Positions 11,621 through 21,920 of a stretch of DNA of 64,000 nt are shown here, one piece after another. The stretch covers positions 128,001 to 192,000 of the forward strand of contig CAXXIN010000018.1 in NCBI GenBank assembly GCA_963665275.2, given 5' to 3'. The position numbers and the translations under genes were made by a program. Numbering within the stretch: position 1 is the first letter of the stretch; every line of letters starts with the position of its first letter. Under the pieces are notes generated by a model. The model did no database searches, was not told the DNA's origin, and saw nothing but the letters and a program-made list of their open reading frames with translations. This DNA comes from Negativicutes bacterium. Lineage in GTDB: Bacteria; Bacillota; Negativicutes; UBA1444.

Positions 11621-12921
11621 TGGCCAAGGTGGCTTTTATCACCCTCGGATGCAAAGTAAATCAAACAGAAACAGAGGCTATGGCCGGAATCTTTCAGCAA
11701 CGGGGCTATATTTTGACCGATCCTGACACTCGGGCTGATGTCTATGTGGTCAATACCTGTTCCGTCACACACCTGGGGGAACGAAAATCGCGACAGATGG
11801 TCCGGCGTGCCATTCGACTGAACCCTGATGCTGTCGTTGCGGTGACAGGCTGTTTCGCACAGGTTTCACCGGCGGATGCTGCGGCGATCGAAGGTGTCGA
11901 TGTCGTTATTGGAACCCGCGACCGTGACCGTATCGTGGATTTTGTCGAAGAATCCTTGCGGGAAAAGCATCAGGTATTGGCTGTCAGTAATATTATGGAT
12001 GAGGTTGAATTCGAAGATATCCCTCTACAGGCAGTACCGGGACGTACTAGGGCTTTCCTGAAAATTCAGGACGGTTGTGAAAACTATTGCTCGTATTGCA
12101 TTATTCCTTACGCACGGGGGCATCTGCGTTCCCGTTCTCTCGACAGTATTGCCCGAGAAACTCGCGTGCTTGCGGCGGATGGTTTTCAAGAAATCGTGTT
12201 GACAGGGATCAATCTTGGCGCCTATGGCAGAGAGGGAGGTCGTTACACATTAGCTGACGCCGTTCGCACCGTGCTGGAAGAATCCCGCATTGTCAGGCTT
12301 CGCCTCAGCTCGGCAGAGTCTCTTGAAATATCGGAGAGCTTGATCGGGGTGATGGAATCTGATTCCCGGATGTGCCCCCATCTTCATTTGCCCTTGCAAT
12401 CCGGCGAGGATTCGATCCTGGCCGCTATGCGCCGTCCATATACTACGGCTGACTATGCCGAACTACTGGCACGGTTGCGCGAAAAAATGCCGGATCTCGC
12501 CGTGACCACGGATATTATTGTCGGCTTTCCGGGCGAAACCCCGGAACTTTTTGCGAAGAGCCTCGAATTCGCGACGGCTATGGAATTTGCAAAAATTCAT
12601 GTGTTTCCCTATTCACGCCGTGCAGGAACCCCGGCCGCTAACTTTCGCCAACAGGTTGGAGATGCGGAAAAAAAGCGCAGAGTGACCGAGTTGCTGGCGG
12701 TGGGAGAGCGCAGCGGATTCAAGTTCCGGCAAGGCTTTCTCGGTCGCACGATGTCGGTGCTCGTTGAGAAGTCGGAAATTGGTATGGCGGAAGGCTTGAC
12801 GCCGAACTATCAGCGAGTATTCATTGAGACTAAGACATGCGAGATCCAGGAGCGGGAGCTGGTTCCGATAGAACTGCTCAGAGTGATTCCTGAAGGCTTT
12901 GTTGGACGGTTGAAGAAATAA
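11620..12921 (+). CDS. mtaB: tRNA t6A37 methylthiotransferase MtaB
   Basis: TLGCKVNQTE, NTCSVT, QDGCENYCSYCIIP, HVFPYSRRAGTPAA; conserved position after rsmE. Confidence 0.95.
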   Translation: MAKVAFITLGCKVNQTETEAMAGIFQQRGYILTDPDTRADVYVVNTCSVTHLGERKSRQMVRRAIRLNPDAVVAVTGCFAQVSPADAAAIEGVDVVIGTRDRDRIVDFVEESLREKHQVLAVSNIMDEVEFEDIPLQAVPGRTRAFLKIQDGCENYCSYCIIPYARGHLRSRSLDSIARETRVLAADGFQEIVLTGINLGAYGREGGRYTLADAVRTVLEESRIVRLRLSSAESLEISESLIGVMESDSRMCPHLHLPLQSGEDSILAAMRRPYTTADYAELLARLREKMPDLAVTTDIIVGFPGETPELFAKSLEFATAMEFAKIHVFPYSRRAGTPAANFRQQVGDAEKKRRVTELLAVGERSGFKFRQGFLGRTMSVLVEKSEIGMAEGLTPNYQRVFIETKTCEIQERELVPIELLRVIPEGFVGRLKK

Positions 12922-13038
12922 CTTCAACCGTTTTTATGTTTTTGCAGGAAATTTAGCAACTCTGGCAGAACTTTCATAGAAGCGGATGTTGTCCAATGAA
13001 ATGGCGCTGGATGAGTGTATGAAGAAGGAAAGAAGGGA

Positions 13039-13392
13039 TTGTCCTTGTCACAGGATTGTATTTTTTGCAAGATAGCAGCGGGAACCATTCCGGTAAAATT
13101 CCTTTATGAAGACGAGCTGTTGGTAGCGTTTCCAGACATTAATCCTGTCGCGCCGGTTCATGTGCTGGTGATTCCACGCAAGCATCTCGGCAGTGTACTT
13201 GAGACGACTCCTGATGATGCCGAGCTACTTACGCATGCCCTGCTGACGTTGCCGAAAATCGCTGCCAAACTGGGCGTGGCGGAGACCGGATTTCGCGTCG
13301 TAATGAACACCGGTCAAGAGGGCGGGCAGTCTGTCATGCATCTTCATTGGCATATTCTTGGCGGACGCTTCATGGAATGGCCACCGGGCTGA
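13039..13392 (+). CDS. HIT-family nucleotide-binding protein (Hint/PKCI-like)
   Basis: DCIFCKI, DINPVAPVHVLVIP, GQSVMHLHWHILGG. Exact start uncertain (13015, 13039 or 13045). Confidence 0.93.
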   Translation: MSLSQDCIFCKIAAGTIPVKFLYEDELLVAFPDINPVAPVHVLVIPRKHLGSVLETTPDDAELLTHALLTLPKIAAKLGVAETGFRVVMNTGQEGGQSVMHLHWHILGGRFMEWPPG

Positions 13393-13451
13393 AAAACCTA
13401 AATAAGGCAAACGAAAACTTAGAAACCAGGAGATGAAAGGGGAATATAATT

Positions 13452-13907
13452 TTGGCGCAAGATGTTCAGTTGGTAATTTTTAAGCTTGCTAATGAAGACT
13501 ATGGTCTGCCGATTCAGAAGGTTCAGGAAATCAACCGCATGGTGCCTGTTACTCGGCTGCCGCAGACGCCTGAGTTCATGGAAGGGATCATCAACCTGCG
13601 CGGACGCGTCATACCGGTCGTAGATCTGCGTAAACGCTTTGGCCTTGCAGCCAAAGCCCATGAAGAAGATACCCGGATTATGATTATTGATGTTAGCGGA
13701 CAGACGGTTGGCATCATTGTGGATGCAGTCAACGAAGTTGTACAGATGCCTGGAACTTCGATTGAACCGCCACCGCCGGCTTTTATTCTTGATGCACAGT
13801 ATATTGAGGGCATCGGTAAAATGGAAGACCGCCTCGTGATCTTGCTGAATATCGATCAGATTCTGACCAGCCAAGAGGTCATCCAGCTGAAGCAAGCAGC
13901 AAATTAA
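13452..13907 (+). CDS. cheW: Chemotaxis coupling protein CheW (stand-alone)
   Basis: VIFKLANEDYGLPIQKVQEI, GIINLRGRVIPVVDLRKRF, GIIVDAVNEV. Confidence 0.95.
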   Translation: MAQDVQLVIFKLANEDYGLPIQKVQEINRMVPVTRLPQTPEFMEGIINLRGRVIPVVDLRKRFGLAAKAHEEDTRIMIIDVSGQTVGIIVDAVNEVVQMPGTSIEPPPPAFILDAQYIEGIGKMEDRLVILLNIDQILTSQEVIQLKQAAN

Positions 13908-13937
13908 AAGCCGGACGGCATGCCACCTGTAATTGGA

Positions 13938-13996
13938 AAAAATTAAAGAGACCGGCGATCAATTGGGAGAATCGATCGCCGGTCTCTTTAATTTTT
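13938..13996. terminator. Bidirectional intrinsic terminator
   Basis: 23-bp inverted arms AAAAATTAAAGAGACCGGCGATC...GATCGCCGGTCTCTTTAATTTTT between convergent genes. Confidence 0.85.
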
Positions 13997-14057
13997 ATTA
14001 GAAAAGCCTCCGGCAAAGGCCAGAGGCGAAGCAGGGGGAGGGAAAATCATGGGCTAT

Positions 14058-14648
14058 CTATTGGAAGCGAGGGCTACCGCCCATTCCATGTCCCGGACCA
14101 CCATTGCCAGGTCCACCACCACGACCGGAGAAACCTTTTTCCGACATCTCGTTGAAGTGTTGCTGCATCCGCTCAATGCGGGCATCCGCCTGTGCCTGGG
14201 TAATTTGTCCTGCTGAAACCATGCGCGACAGGTTTTCTTTCTGGATTGCCAGACGCTGTTCCCCCATTTTCTTCAGGTCAGCTTTCTGATCATCCGTCAG
14301 TGGAGTACTGAGGCGTGCGCCTGGGCTGACGAGGCTGTTCTTCATGCGGAACGAATTTGAACTATCCATCATTTTGATCTTGGCATCTGCCTGTTCTTGC
14401 GTCAGATAGCCGGTTTTTACCATGAGCTGCACTTTTTCTTTTTTTAGTTGGAAATTCTTTTCCTGCCAGGCTTTCCATTCAGCTTGCTGCGAATCGGTGA
14501 GCTTGAGAGGCTCAATTCCCATTGAACCGCCGCCCCTTCCGAACCCGCCGCCCATCATGCCCCGTCCCATGGGAGAGGCCATTGTGACTCCGGCTACCAT
14601 CAAGGCCAGCGCCGCTACGCCGGCGATTACCATTGCTTTCTTTTTCAT
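14058..14648 (-). CDS. Secreted DUF2680/YckD-like (Spy/CpxP-like) helical protein
   Basis: Signal peptide, Gly/Met-rich termini, and two repeats LT(D)xQxA...G(Y/Q)(L/I)TQxQADA(K/R)I. Confidence 0.7.
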   Translation of the reverse strand: MKKKAMVIAGVAALALMVAGVTMASPMGRGMMGGGFGRGGGSMGIEPLKLTDSQQAEWKAWQEKNFQLKKEKVQLMVKTGYLTQEQADAKIKMMDSSNSFRMKNSLVSPGARLSTPLTDDQKADLKKMGEQRLAIQKENLSRMVSAGQITQAQADARIERMQQHFNEMSEKGFSGRGGGPGNGGPGHGMGGSPRFQ

Positions 14649-14861
14649 CTTGCATTCCCCTTTCGTCTTATCGCGGATGTTTCCGCCCTCACTTATGAGT
14701 ATAGGGGATATATTTAACGAAACAATGTCAAAATTGTGACGTGTTTGTGAAATCGCACGGACGGATAGGACGCGCGAGAATGCTGAAGCAGGAATCGGCT
14801 TGTTTTGCGGGAATAATAGTGAAGGAGAGGCATTTGATTTTCAAAATGGAGGGTGGATGTT

Positions 14862-15914
14862 ATGGCAGCATCGATCCAACGAATCGACACTCGAAATTTG
14901 CGTCCAGGCATGAAGCTGGCGAACGCCCTCATGTCTGAGGCGCACTCTCTGTTGGTGGCGGAAAAAACGATTTTGACGCAACTGATCATCGAGCGTATCC
15001 GACACAGCGATATGCGTTATGTCGATATACTGGTCGATATGGAGTCAGCAGCTTTGGCTGCGCGGCAGCCGCAACCTCCCAAACTTGTCGAAAATCAATT
15101 GAAGATGGTGCGCTCTGTCAAAGCAAGCTTCGATCGGATGCGTTTAACCCGTGCGTTGCCGCATGAGGAATTTCTGACAATCGCCAATGAAATTTCGACT
15201 ACTATGATTGATACACCAGGTGTTATTACAGCGCTCCAGATGGTCAAGTCTGTAGATAATTACACGTACACCCATTCCGTCAATGTCGGAGTTTTGTGTG
15301 GACTTATTGGAAAATGGACAGGTCATCAAAATTTGCAGGGATTGATTTTGGCGGGGTTGTTGCACGATGTGGGAAAAACGCAGATCCCTCTGGAGATTCT
15401 CAATAAACCGTCAGCGCTCACATCTCCGGAAATGAAGGTGATGCGGCGCCATTCCGAGTTGGGGTATGAGCTAGCCATGGGGAATGGGAGTATTAATGAA
15501 GAGGCAATGTCTGGTATTTTGTTTCATCATGAACGACTTGACGGTTCGGGATATCCGTCAGGACTTAAGGGCGCCCAGGTTCCTCAGGTTTCCCGAGTGC
15601 TTGCGGTAGCGGACCTTTTTGATTCGATGACTTCGAATCGGGTATATCGGAGCGCGGTGACGCCATTTGCTGTTTTGGAAGAAATTTATGATGAAATGTT
15701 TTCCGCACTCGATCCAGCGGTCTGCTTCGTTTTTCGTCAGCGAATCAAAGAATTGCTCGTTGGCAGCAAGGTGTTGCTCAGCGATGGACGCAGCGCCCGC
15801 ATCATTTTCATTGATGGCAACGACCACTTCAAACCGGTATTGCAGGACGAAATGGGACAGTCTTTCCAGCTGGAGGGCAACACCCCTGATATTGCCCGGT
15901 TTGTAAGCGATTAA
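14862..15914 (+). CDS. HD-GYP c-di-GMP phosphodiesterase
   Basis: YTYTHSVNV, LLHDVGK, HHERLDGSGYP, VADLFDSMTSNRVYR. Confidence 0.93.
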   Translation: MAASIQRIDTRNLRPGMKLANALMSEAHSLLVAEKTILTQLIIERIRHSDMRYVDILVDMESAALAARQPQPPKLVENQLKMVRSVKASFDRMRLTRALPHEEFLTIANEISTTMIDTPGVITALQMVKSVDNYTYTHSVNVGVLCGLIGKWTGHQNLQGLILAGLLHDVGKTQIPLEILNKPSALTSPEMKVMRRHSELGYELAMGNGSINEEAMSGILFHHERLDGSGYPSGLKGAQVPQVSRVLAVADLFDSMTSNRVYRSAVTPFAVLEEIYDEMFSALDPAVCFVFRQRIKELLVGSKVLLSDGRSARIIFIDGNDHFKPVLQDEMGQSFQLEGNTPDIARFVSD

Positions 15915-15960
15915 TGATATTTTCATGAGCGCAGACAAAACATGAATGAAGGAGATCTAT

Positions 15961-16902
15961 ATGAAAACGAAAATTACCGAGCTTCTGGGGATAAAATATC
16001 CAATACTACAGGGTGCGATGGCCTGGGTGTCTGAGGCCAATCTGGCAGCTGCAGTATCAAATGCAGGGGGAGCGGGGATTATCGCAACCGGTGGTCGCAC
16101 GACCGAATGGACCCGTGATCAGATTCGAAAAGCCAAAACATTGACAGATAAACCGTTCGGCGTGAATGTCATGCTGATGGCTCCTAACTGCGACGAACTG
16201 GTATCCGTGATTTGTGAGGAAAAAGTTGCTTTTGTGACAATGGGAGCTGGTAACCCTGTGGTTTATTTCGAACAATTGCATGCGGCCGGGGTCAAAGTCA
16301 TTCCTGTCGTTCCCAGTGTAAAACTGGCGAAACGCGTTGAAACCGCCGGTGCTGATGCCGTTGTCATCGAAGGAATGGAAGCGGGAGGTCATATCGGAAC
16401 GCTGACTACGATGGCGTTGTTGACCAACGTCATACCTGAAGTATCCCTGCCGATAGTGGCCGCCGGCGGGATCGCCGATGGACGCGGGATAGGGGCTGCG
16501 TTGCTCATGGGCGCCGATGGCGTTCAGATGGGTTCGCGATTCCTGCTGACTACGGAATGTGCACTTCATCCAAATGCCAAGCAACGAATTATTGAAGCCG
16601 TTGACACAGATTCCATTGCGACGGGAATATCACGAGGGCATGGTGTACGGGGACTGAAAAACGATTTCACAGCCAAATTTACGCAACTAGAAGTTAGCGG
16701 CGCCCCACAGGATGAACTGGATAAGTTGGCGACCGGCACTGCCCGACTGGCTGCCGTCGAAGGAGATGTCCAAAATGGATTGGTTCAGGTGGGACAAAGT
16801 CTATTGCCATTGAGAGAGAGTAAGCCTGTCCACGAAGTGGTGGAGTCTCTAATATCCGAAACGGTTCAAGTTCTAAACCGTGCGCCGGAACTGTTGAAAT
16901 AG
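15961..16902 (+). CDS. FabK-like enoyl-ACP reductase / nitronate monooxygenase family flavoprotein
   Basis: YPILQGAMAWVS, KPFGVN, EGMEAGGHIG, AAGGIADGRG, GVQMGSRF. Confidence 0.88.
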   Translation: MKTKITELLGIKYPILQGAMAWVSEANLAAAVSNAGGAGIIATGGRTTEWTRDQIRKAKTLTDKPFGVNVMLMAPNCDELVSVICEEKVAFVTMGAGNPVVYFEQLHAAGVKVIPVVPSVKLAKRVETAGADAVVIEGMEAGGHIGTLTTMALLTNVIPEVSLPIVAAGGIADGRGIGAALLMGADGVQMGSRFLLTTECALHPNAKQRIIEAVDTDSIATGISRGHGVRGLKNDFTAKFTQLEVSGAPQDELDKLATGTARLAAVEGDVQNGLVQVGQSLLPLRESKPVHEVVESLISETVQVLNRAPELLK

Positions 16903-17014
16903 GTGAATAAACAAAAAACACGGCCAACGTAAAGAAGCGAGCTAACGGTAACCGAGCACCATGTGTTGAACCGAAATCTGAATGGTTTTTCAGTATTGAG
17001 CGGAGGAATTTTTC

Positions 17015-19837
17015 TTGGTCAATCATCTTGCGCAACTGCAAAAAAATGCCGGCAACCTGATCGGCCATATTGAACCGGAAAAAGTACTGAATGCCATTTT
17101 ACAACAGGCGGTCGATGCCATTGGCGCAGCTGGAGGGTCATTGTCGCTTGTTGATGACGAGGACTCCACGTTGCTTTGCTTTCGATTCGCTGTGGGAATC
17201 GATAAGGGCAGGGGCGGAATCCGAGTACGCGCTACAGAGGGATTGATCGGCGAAGTGTGGCGAACTGGAGAAACTCACATACAGCACGACTACCATTCCT
17301 GTGAGAATCGGATATCGAATCCTCGTTTGGATAGGATCACGACCGTGATTTCAGCCCCTGTCAAAATTGGGGAAGAAATCATCGGAGTGATGCAGCTGTC
17401 GTGGCAAGATCAACAGGCGGACATTACCGAGGCAAAATTATTTGCATTTAAACAATTTTCGCACCTAATCTCTGCCGCCTTGGAAAATGCGATGCTGCTC
17501 CTACATCTGCGAGATGAAAAGTCCATCATTGATCACTTGTTTGATGGAATGCCAGGCCTTATGTACATGCTTGACTCAGAGGGCCGGTTGGTTCGCTGGA
17601 GTAAAAAGCTGGAAGAAGTCAGCGGGTATTCCCAGACTGATTTAACAGGTATGCAATTTCTGGATTTTTTTCATGGTGATGACGTGGAACGAGTTTTCCA
17701 TTCTATTGCGATGTCAGTTCAGAATGGTTTGACAGAATTGGAGTCCGATCTACATACACGAAGTGGTTCCCGCTTGACTTATTATCTTACAACCATGCCT
17801 CTGCACATCAACAATGAGCTGTTTATTGCCGGAATCGGCGTGGATGTCACACTGCGTAAGGAATTGGAACAAGAGCTGCGATTACACCGTGACCGGCTAG
17901 AGGCTGTTGTCGAGCAGAGGACGGCCGAACTGTCCTCCGCCAATCAGGAATTGATCGCTATGAACGAAGAGATGACCGCCATGAATGAGGAATTGCAGGC
18001 GGCGAACTGTCTGTTGGAGCAGGAAGTCCAGCTTCGCCAGGAGAAAGAGAAGCAGTTGCTGCTTCGGGGGCATCAATATCGGGCGGCTACCCGTCTATTG
18101 ACGCGTCCGGCCGATGCCGAGTCAGAACGGTTCTCTTTAATTTTGAACGACGCCCTGCAATTGATCGGGGCTCCGACCGGCTATATTGGGATTTTGGATG
18201 CGGAAGACAATCTTGTTATTAGACGTTTCTGCACTGGATCAATTGATTTTGATCGCATGGAGCCGCAGTCCGCGAATTCCGGTATGATGGCCAGTGTATT
18301 TCAGCAGGGCGAGACAGTCCATGTAGTGGATTATCGTACTTATCCCGGTCGCATCGGGGCGCAGGAGCTCGAACGGATCACGACCATTGTAATGGTTCCG
18401 TTGAAACAGGGGAGTCGGATTAAAGGTCTCCTGGCAGCCCATTGGTTGGATGAAGTTCATTCCATTCCGATAGAAGATATTGAAGTGCTGCAGCATTATA
18501 GTGATCTTGCGTCAGCATTCCTGGAACGGATGGAAACTCATGCGGAAATCCGCAATCTTGCGTATAATGATCCTCTGACCGGGATGTCGAACCGTGTGAG
18601 TCTCAATCTATGGCTTGATGAAGAGCTGTCCAAAGTCCGTCAGGGTGTAATAAAAGGGGTTCTGTTTTTCATTGATCTGGATGAATTGAAAATCGTCAAC
18701 GACACATTTGGACACTCCATTGGCGATGATATGATTTTAACTGCAGCGAATCATATCCGGGATGCATTCGGGCAAGAAGCCTTTTGTGCCAGGATCGGCG
18801 GTGATGAATTCATCGTTGCACTTACTGGCGTGCAAAGTAGAGAGTCTGTTGCGGCGTTGGCAGATCGGTTGCTTCAAGTGTTATGCCGTGAATATGACGT
18901 GTTTGATGAACAGGTGCTCATGTCGGCCAGTGTTGGGGTGGTTTTATATCCCGAACATGGAGAAACTCCGGATGAGATAATGAAAAACGCAGATATTGCC
19001 ATGTATGCCGCGAAGGCGAGTGGACGCAATTGCTGGCGGCTGTATGAAGCCTCTCTGCAAAAAGACGCCTATGAAACTATGATGCTGACCAACAGTTTGC
19101 GACGCGCTTTGGATCGAGGGGAACTTTCCTTGCACTACCAACCGCAGATCTGCCTGGCGGATCAGTCAATTGTAGGATTTGAAGCACTGCTGCGCTGGAA
19201 CAGCCCCGAACACGGTTCTGTGCCTCCGAGCCGGTTCATTCCTCTGGCAGAAAAAAGCGGCGTGATCGTTTCGATTGGCGAATGGGTTATCCGGGAAGCG
19301 TGCGTTTTTGCCCGCCGTATCAGTAATATTGAACGGAAATCGATGCATGTTTCCGTCAATATTTCACCCCGCCAGCTGGCTGGCGCAGATTTTATCGACC
19401 GGGTACGGACGATTCTGCACGAAACGGGCATAGAGGCCGGTCAGCTCGAAATGGAAGTGACCGAAAGCATTCTCATCGAATCGATGGAAGAAAGCATCGG
19501 GAAATTGGAACAATTGAGGTCTCTCGGCGTAAATATCGCCCTCGATGATTTTGGCACCGGGTACTCATCGCTGACCTATTTGAGACGGTTGCCTGTAAGC
19601 ACTCTGAAAGTCGATAAATCCTTCATTGACGGGATCATCGATGATGTGACGCAGGCGGAGTATGTTCGGTTCATTATCAACCTTGCCCATGCGCTGAAGT
19701 TGCAGGTGGTGGCAGAAGGCGTGGAGTTCCCGGCGCAGTTGGATAAATTGCGCCAGTATGATTGCGACTGCATTCAGGGCTTTGTGTTCAGTCGACCGCT
19801 GCCGCCGGAAGAAGCAGTACGTTTGCTTGATAACTAA
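17015..19837 (+). CDS. GAF-PAS-coiled coil-GAF-GGDEF-EAL signalling protein
   Basis: Two similar GAF segments (RLDRITTVISAPVK / ELERITTIVMVPLK), a PAS segment, a NQELIAMNEEMTAMNEEL heptad run, RIGGDEF, FEALLRW and DDFGTGYSS. GGAGGA SD before TTG. Confidence 0.92.
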   Translation: MVNHLAQLQKNAGNLIGHIEPEKVLNAILQQAVDAIGAAGGSLSLVDDEDSTLLCFRFAVGIDKGRGGIRVRATEGLIGEVWRTGETHIQHDYHSCENRISNPRLDRITTVISAPVKIGEEIIGVMQLSWQDQQADITEAKLFAFKQFSHLISAALENAMLLLHLRDEKSIIDHLFDGMPGLMYMLDSEGRLVRWSKKLEEVSGYSQTDLTGMQFLDFFHGDDVERVFHSIAMSVQNGLTELESDLHTRSGSRLTYYLTTMPLHINNELFIAGIGVDVTLRKELEQELRLHRDRLEAVVEQRTAELSSANQELIAMNEEMTAMNEELQAANCLLEQEVQLRQEKEKQLLLRGHQYRAATRLLTRPADAESERFSLILNDALQLIGAPTGYIGILDAEDNLVIRRFCTGSIDFDRMEPQSANSGMMASVFQQGETVHVVDYRTYPGRIGAQELERITTIVMVPLKQGSRIKGLLAAHWLDEVHSIPIEDIEVLQHYSDLASAFLERMETHAEIRNLAYNDPLTGMSNRVSLNLWLDEELSKVRQGVIKGVLFFIDLDELKIVNDTFGHSIGDDMILTAANHIRDAFGQEAFCARIGGDEFIVALTGVQSRESVAALADRLLQVLCREYDVFDEQVLMSASVGVVLYPEHGETPDEIMKNADIAMYAAKASGRNCWRLYEASLQKDAYETMMLTNSLRRALDRGELSLHYQPQICLADQSIVGFEALLRWNSPEHGSVPPSRFIPLAEKSGVIVSIGEWVIREACVFARRISNIERKSMHVSVNISPRQLAGADFIDRVRTILHETGIEAGQLEMEVTESILIESMEESIGKLEQLRSLGVNIALDDFGTGYSSLTYLRRLPVSTLKVDKSFIDGIIDDVTQAEYVRFIINLAHALKLQVVAEGVEFPAQLDKLRQYDCDCIQGFVFSRPLPPEEAVRLLDN

Positions 19838-19987
19838 AGGCTTCTTTCTCTACTACCCACTGGAAAATCGATAGAAATCTCGTGGAACTGGCAGGTGCCA
19901 GTTCATTTTATGTTTTCAGTTCCGACTTTTGGATTGGACGGGAAGCTCAGGCGGCGTTACAATAGAAAAATACGAGGAGGGTAACCA

Positions 19988-21178
19988 ATGCAAATGTGGC
20001 AAAAAAATTTATGGACGCTGGTTGTGGCTGTAATTTTGTCTGGCGCCAGCTACACGATGGTTATCCCATTCCTGCCGCTATATTTGTTGGAATTGGGAGT
20101 TGGTCATGAGAATGTGAAGATCTGGTCAGGCGTAGTCTTCGCGGCCGCTTTTTTGGTGGCTGCATTCATGGCGCCTTACTGGGGAAAGCGCGCAGATCGC
20201 TCAGGTAAACGCCAAATGATTATGCGCGCAGGAGTTATGCTGGCGATTGCATATTTTGCCGGCGCCTGGGTGCGTAATCCGACTGAATTGCTTTTTGTCC
20301 GGATCTTCCAAGGTTTCGCCAATGGTTTTGTACCCGCATCGATGGCGCTGGTTGCCTCATCGGCGCCACCGGAAAAAATGAGCTTCTGTATGGGAGTCAT
20401 GCAGGCCGCGCTGGTGACTGGGGGAATACTGGGACCGATGATAGGTGGGGTGTTGTCCCATCTGTTCGGCATGCGCATGTCTTTCGTGGTTTCGGCTGCA
20501 GTTATTCTGGCTGCAACCGCTGCTGTGAAGTGGCTGGTGTTTGAGCCAAAGAAAATCATCAAGTCTGCTGAAACAAGTTTGGTCGAAGACTTGAAAAGGG
20601 CGTTTCGTAACCAAGTTCTCGTCAAAATGTTAGGCTTGCTGTTTGTAGTTCAAATCGTCAGCATGACATTACAACCATTGATGTCCCTGTATGTCGCTGA
20701 ATTGCAGGGGTCGATGGAGGGAGTGGGACTCACGACTGGATTCATTTTCAGTCTGTCGGGCGTGGCCAGTGCCCTGGCGGCTCCACTCTGGGGAAGGGCG
20801 GGGGCGCGTCGTGAAATGCGCGGCCTTTTAGTCGTAGCGTTTGTCGGGGCTGGTTTATTCAATATGGGGCAGTTTTTTGCCTCAACGATTATTCAATTTG
20901 GTGCGCTACAATTCTTCATGGGCCTTTTTTTCATCGGTGTGTTTCCGGCGATCAACATGATGGCGCTTAATTCCAGCGATGTAGGGTTCCATGGAAGGGT
21001 ATTCGGTTTGACGAATGCAGCTACCCAGCTCGGATCGATGGTCGGTCCGCTGGCCGGAGGTTTCGTTAGCTCCTGGACTGGAATTCGGCCGATCTTTGTT
21101 TTGACTGGCGCGACATTGGTCCTCCTAGGAGTTTATGTCTTCCAGCTTAGGCTGAGAGGTTCATCAGTTAGTCGTTGA
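19988..21178 (+). CDS. MFS transporter (DHA1/MdtG-like)
   Basis: 12 hydrophobic segments, WGKRADRSGKRQMIMR motif A, GPMIGG. Confidence 0.9.
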   Translation: MQMWQKNLWTLVVAVILSGASYTMVIPFLPLYLLELGVGHENVKIWSGVVFAAAFLVAAFMAPYWGKRADRSGKRQMIMRAGVMLAIAYFAGAWVRNPTELLFVRIFQGFANGFVPASMALVASSAPPEKMSFCMGVMQAALVTGGILGPMIGGVLSHLFGMRMSFVVSAAVILAATAAVKWLVFEPKKIIKSAETSLVEDLKRAFRNQVLVKMLGLLFVVQIVSMTLQPLMSLYVAELQGSMEGVGLTTGFIFSLSGVASALAAPLWGRAGARREMRGLLVVAFVGAGLFNMGQFFASTIIQFGALQFFMGLFFIGVFPAINMMALNSSDVGFHGRVFGLTNAATQLGSMVGPLAGGFVSSWTGIRPIFVLTGATLVLLGVYVFQLRLRGSSVSR

Positions 21179-21205
21179 TTTCATATAGGGGTGGAGTGTG
21201 AAGGG

Positions 21206-21913
21206 ATGAGAACTCAGGGTGTGCTTTTTGACTTATACGGAACGCTAGTTGTATATGGTGAGATGGAAAAAGCGTGGGATGCTTGGTACCAAGTAATTTA
21301 TGACACTTTCCGAATGAATGGTCTGTCGCTTGATACGGCTGGATTTCGTCCCTTTTGCATCGGATTCTTTGAACGGCCGGAACCGACTCATGCAGGGGGT
21401 GATCTGACAGTGGTCGAGCGACGCCTGCATCGCCTGGCACAGGAAATGGATGTTGTCATTCCGCGGGAGCAGGCTCTGCGGGCTGTCGAGCAATCCCTCG
21501 ACGTTTGGCACGATTACGTACACCTTGATCCGGAAGCGCCGGCAGTATTGGAAAAGATCGGCCGCAACAGATCCTTGGCATTAGTGTCGAATTTTGATTA
21601 TGCGCCGTATGTTGAGGACCTGATGTCGCGTTGGAATCTGGAACCTCTTTTTGATGCAATCTTGGTATCGGATTCGGTCGGCGTCAAAAAACCGCATCCG
21701 GGTATCTTTGAACAAGCGTTGCGGGAATTGGATATTCCTGCGACAAGCGCGATCCATGTCGGAGATAGCCAGGAAGATATTGACGGCGCCGCTGGAGCCG
21801 GTATACGGCCGGTTTGGATCGACAGACAACGCAAGGATCGTTGGAGAGCGAAGCCGGAATCCGATGTGATGAGGATTTCTTCTCTGGCCGAATTATTGGA
21901 TCTGTTGGACTAA
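21206..21913 (+). CDS. HAD-superfamily hydrolase
   Basis: FDLYGTL, VSNFD, KKPHPGIF, HVGDSQEDIDGA. Confidence 0.9.
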   Translation: MRTQGVLFDLYGTLVVYGEMEKAWDAWYQVIYDTFRMNGLSLDTAGFRPFCIGFFERPEPTHAGGDLTVVERRLHRLAQEMDVVIPREQALRAVEQSLDVWHDYVHLDPEAPAVLEKIGRNRSLALVSNFDYAPYVEDLMSRWNLEPLFDAILVSDSVGVKKPHPGIFEQALRELDIPATSAIHVGDSQEDIDGAAGAGIRPVWIDRQRKDRWRAKPESDVMRISSLAELLDLLD

Positions 21914-21920
21914 AGCCCTG

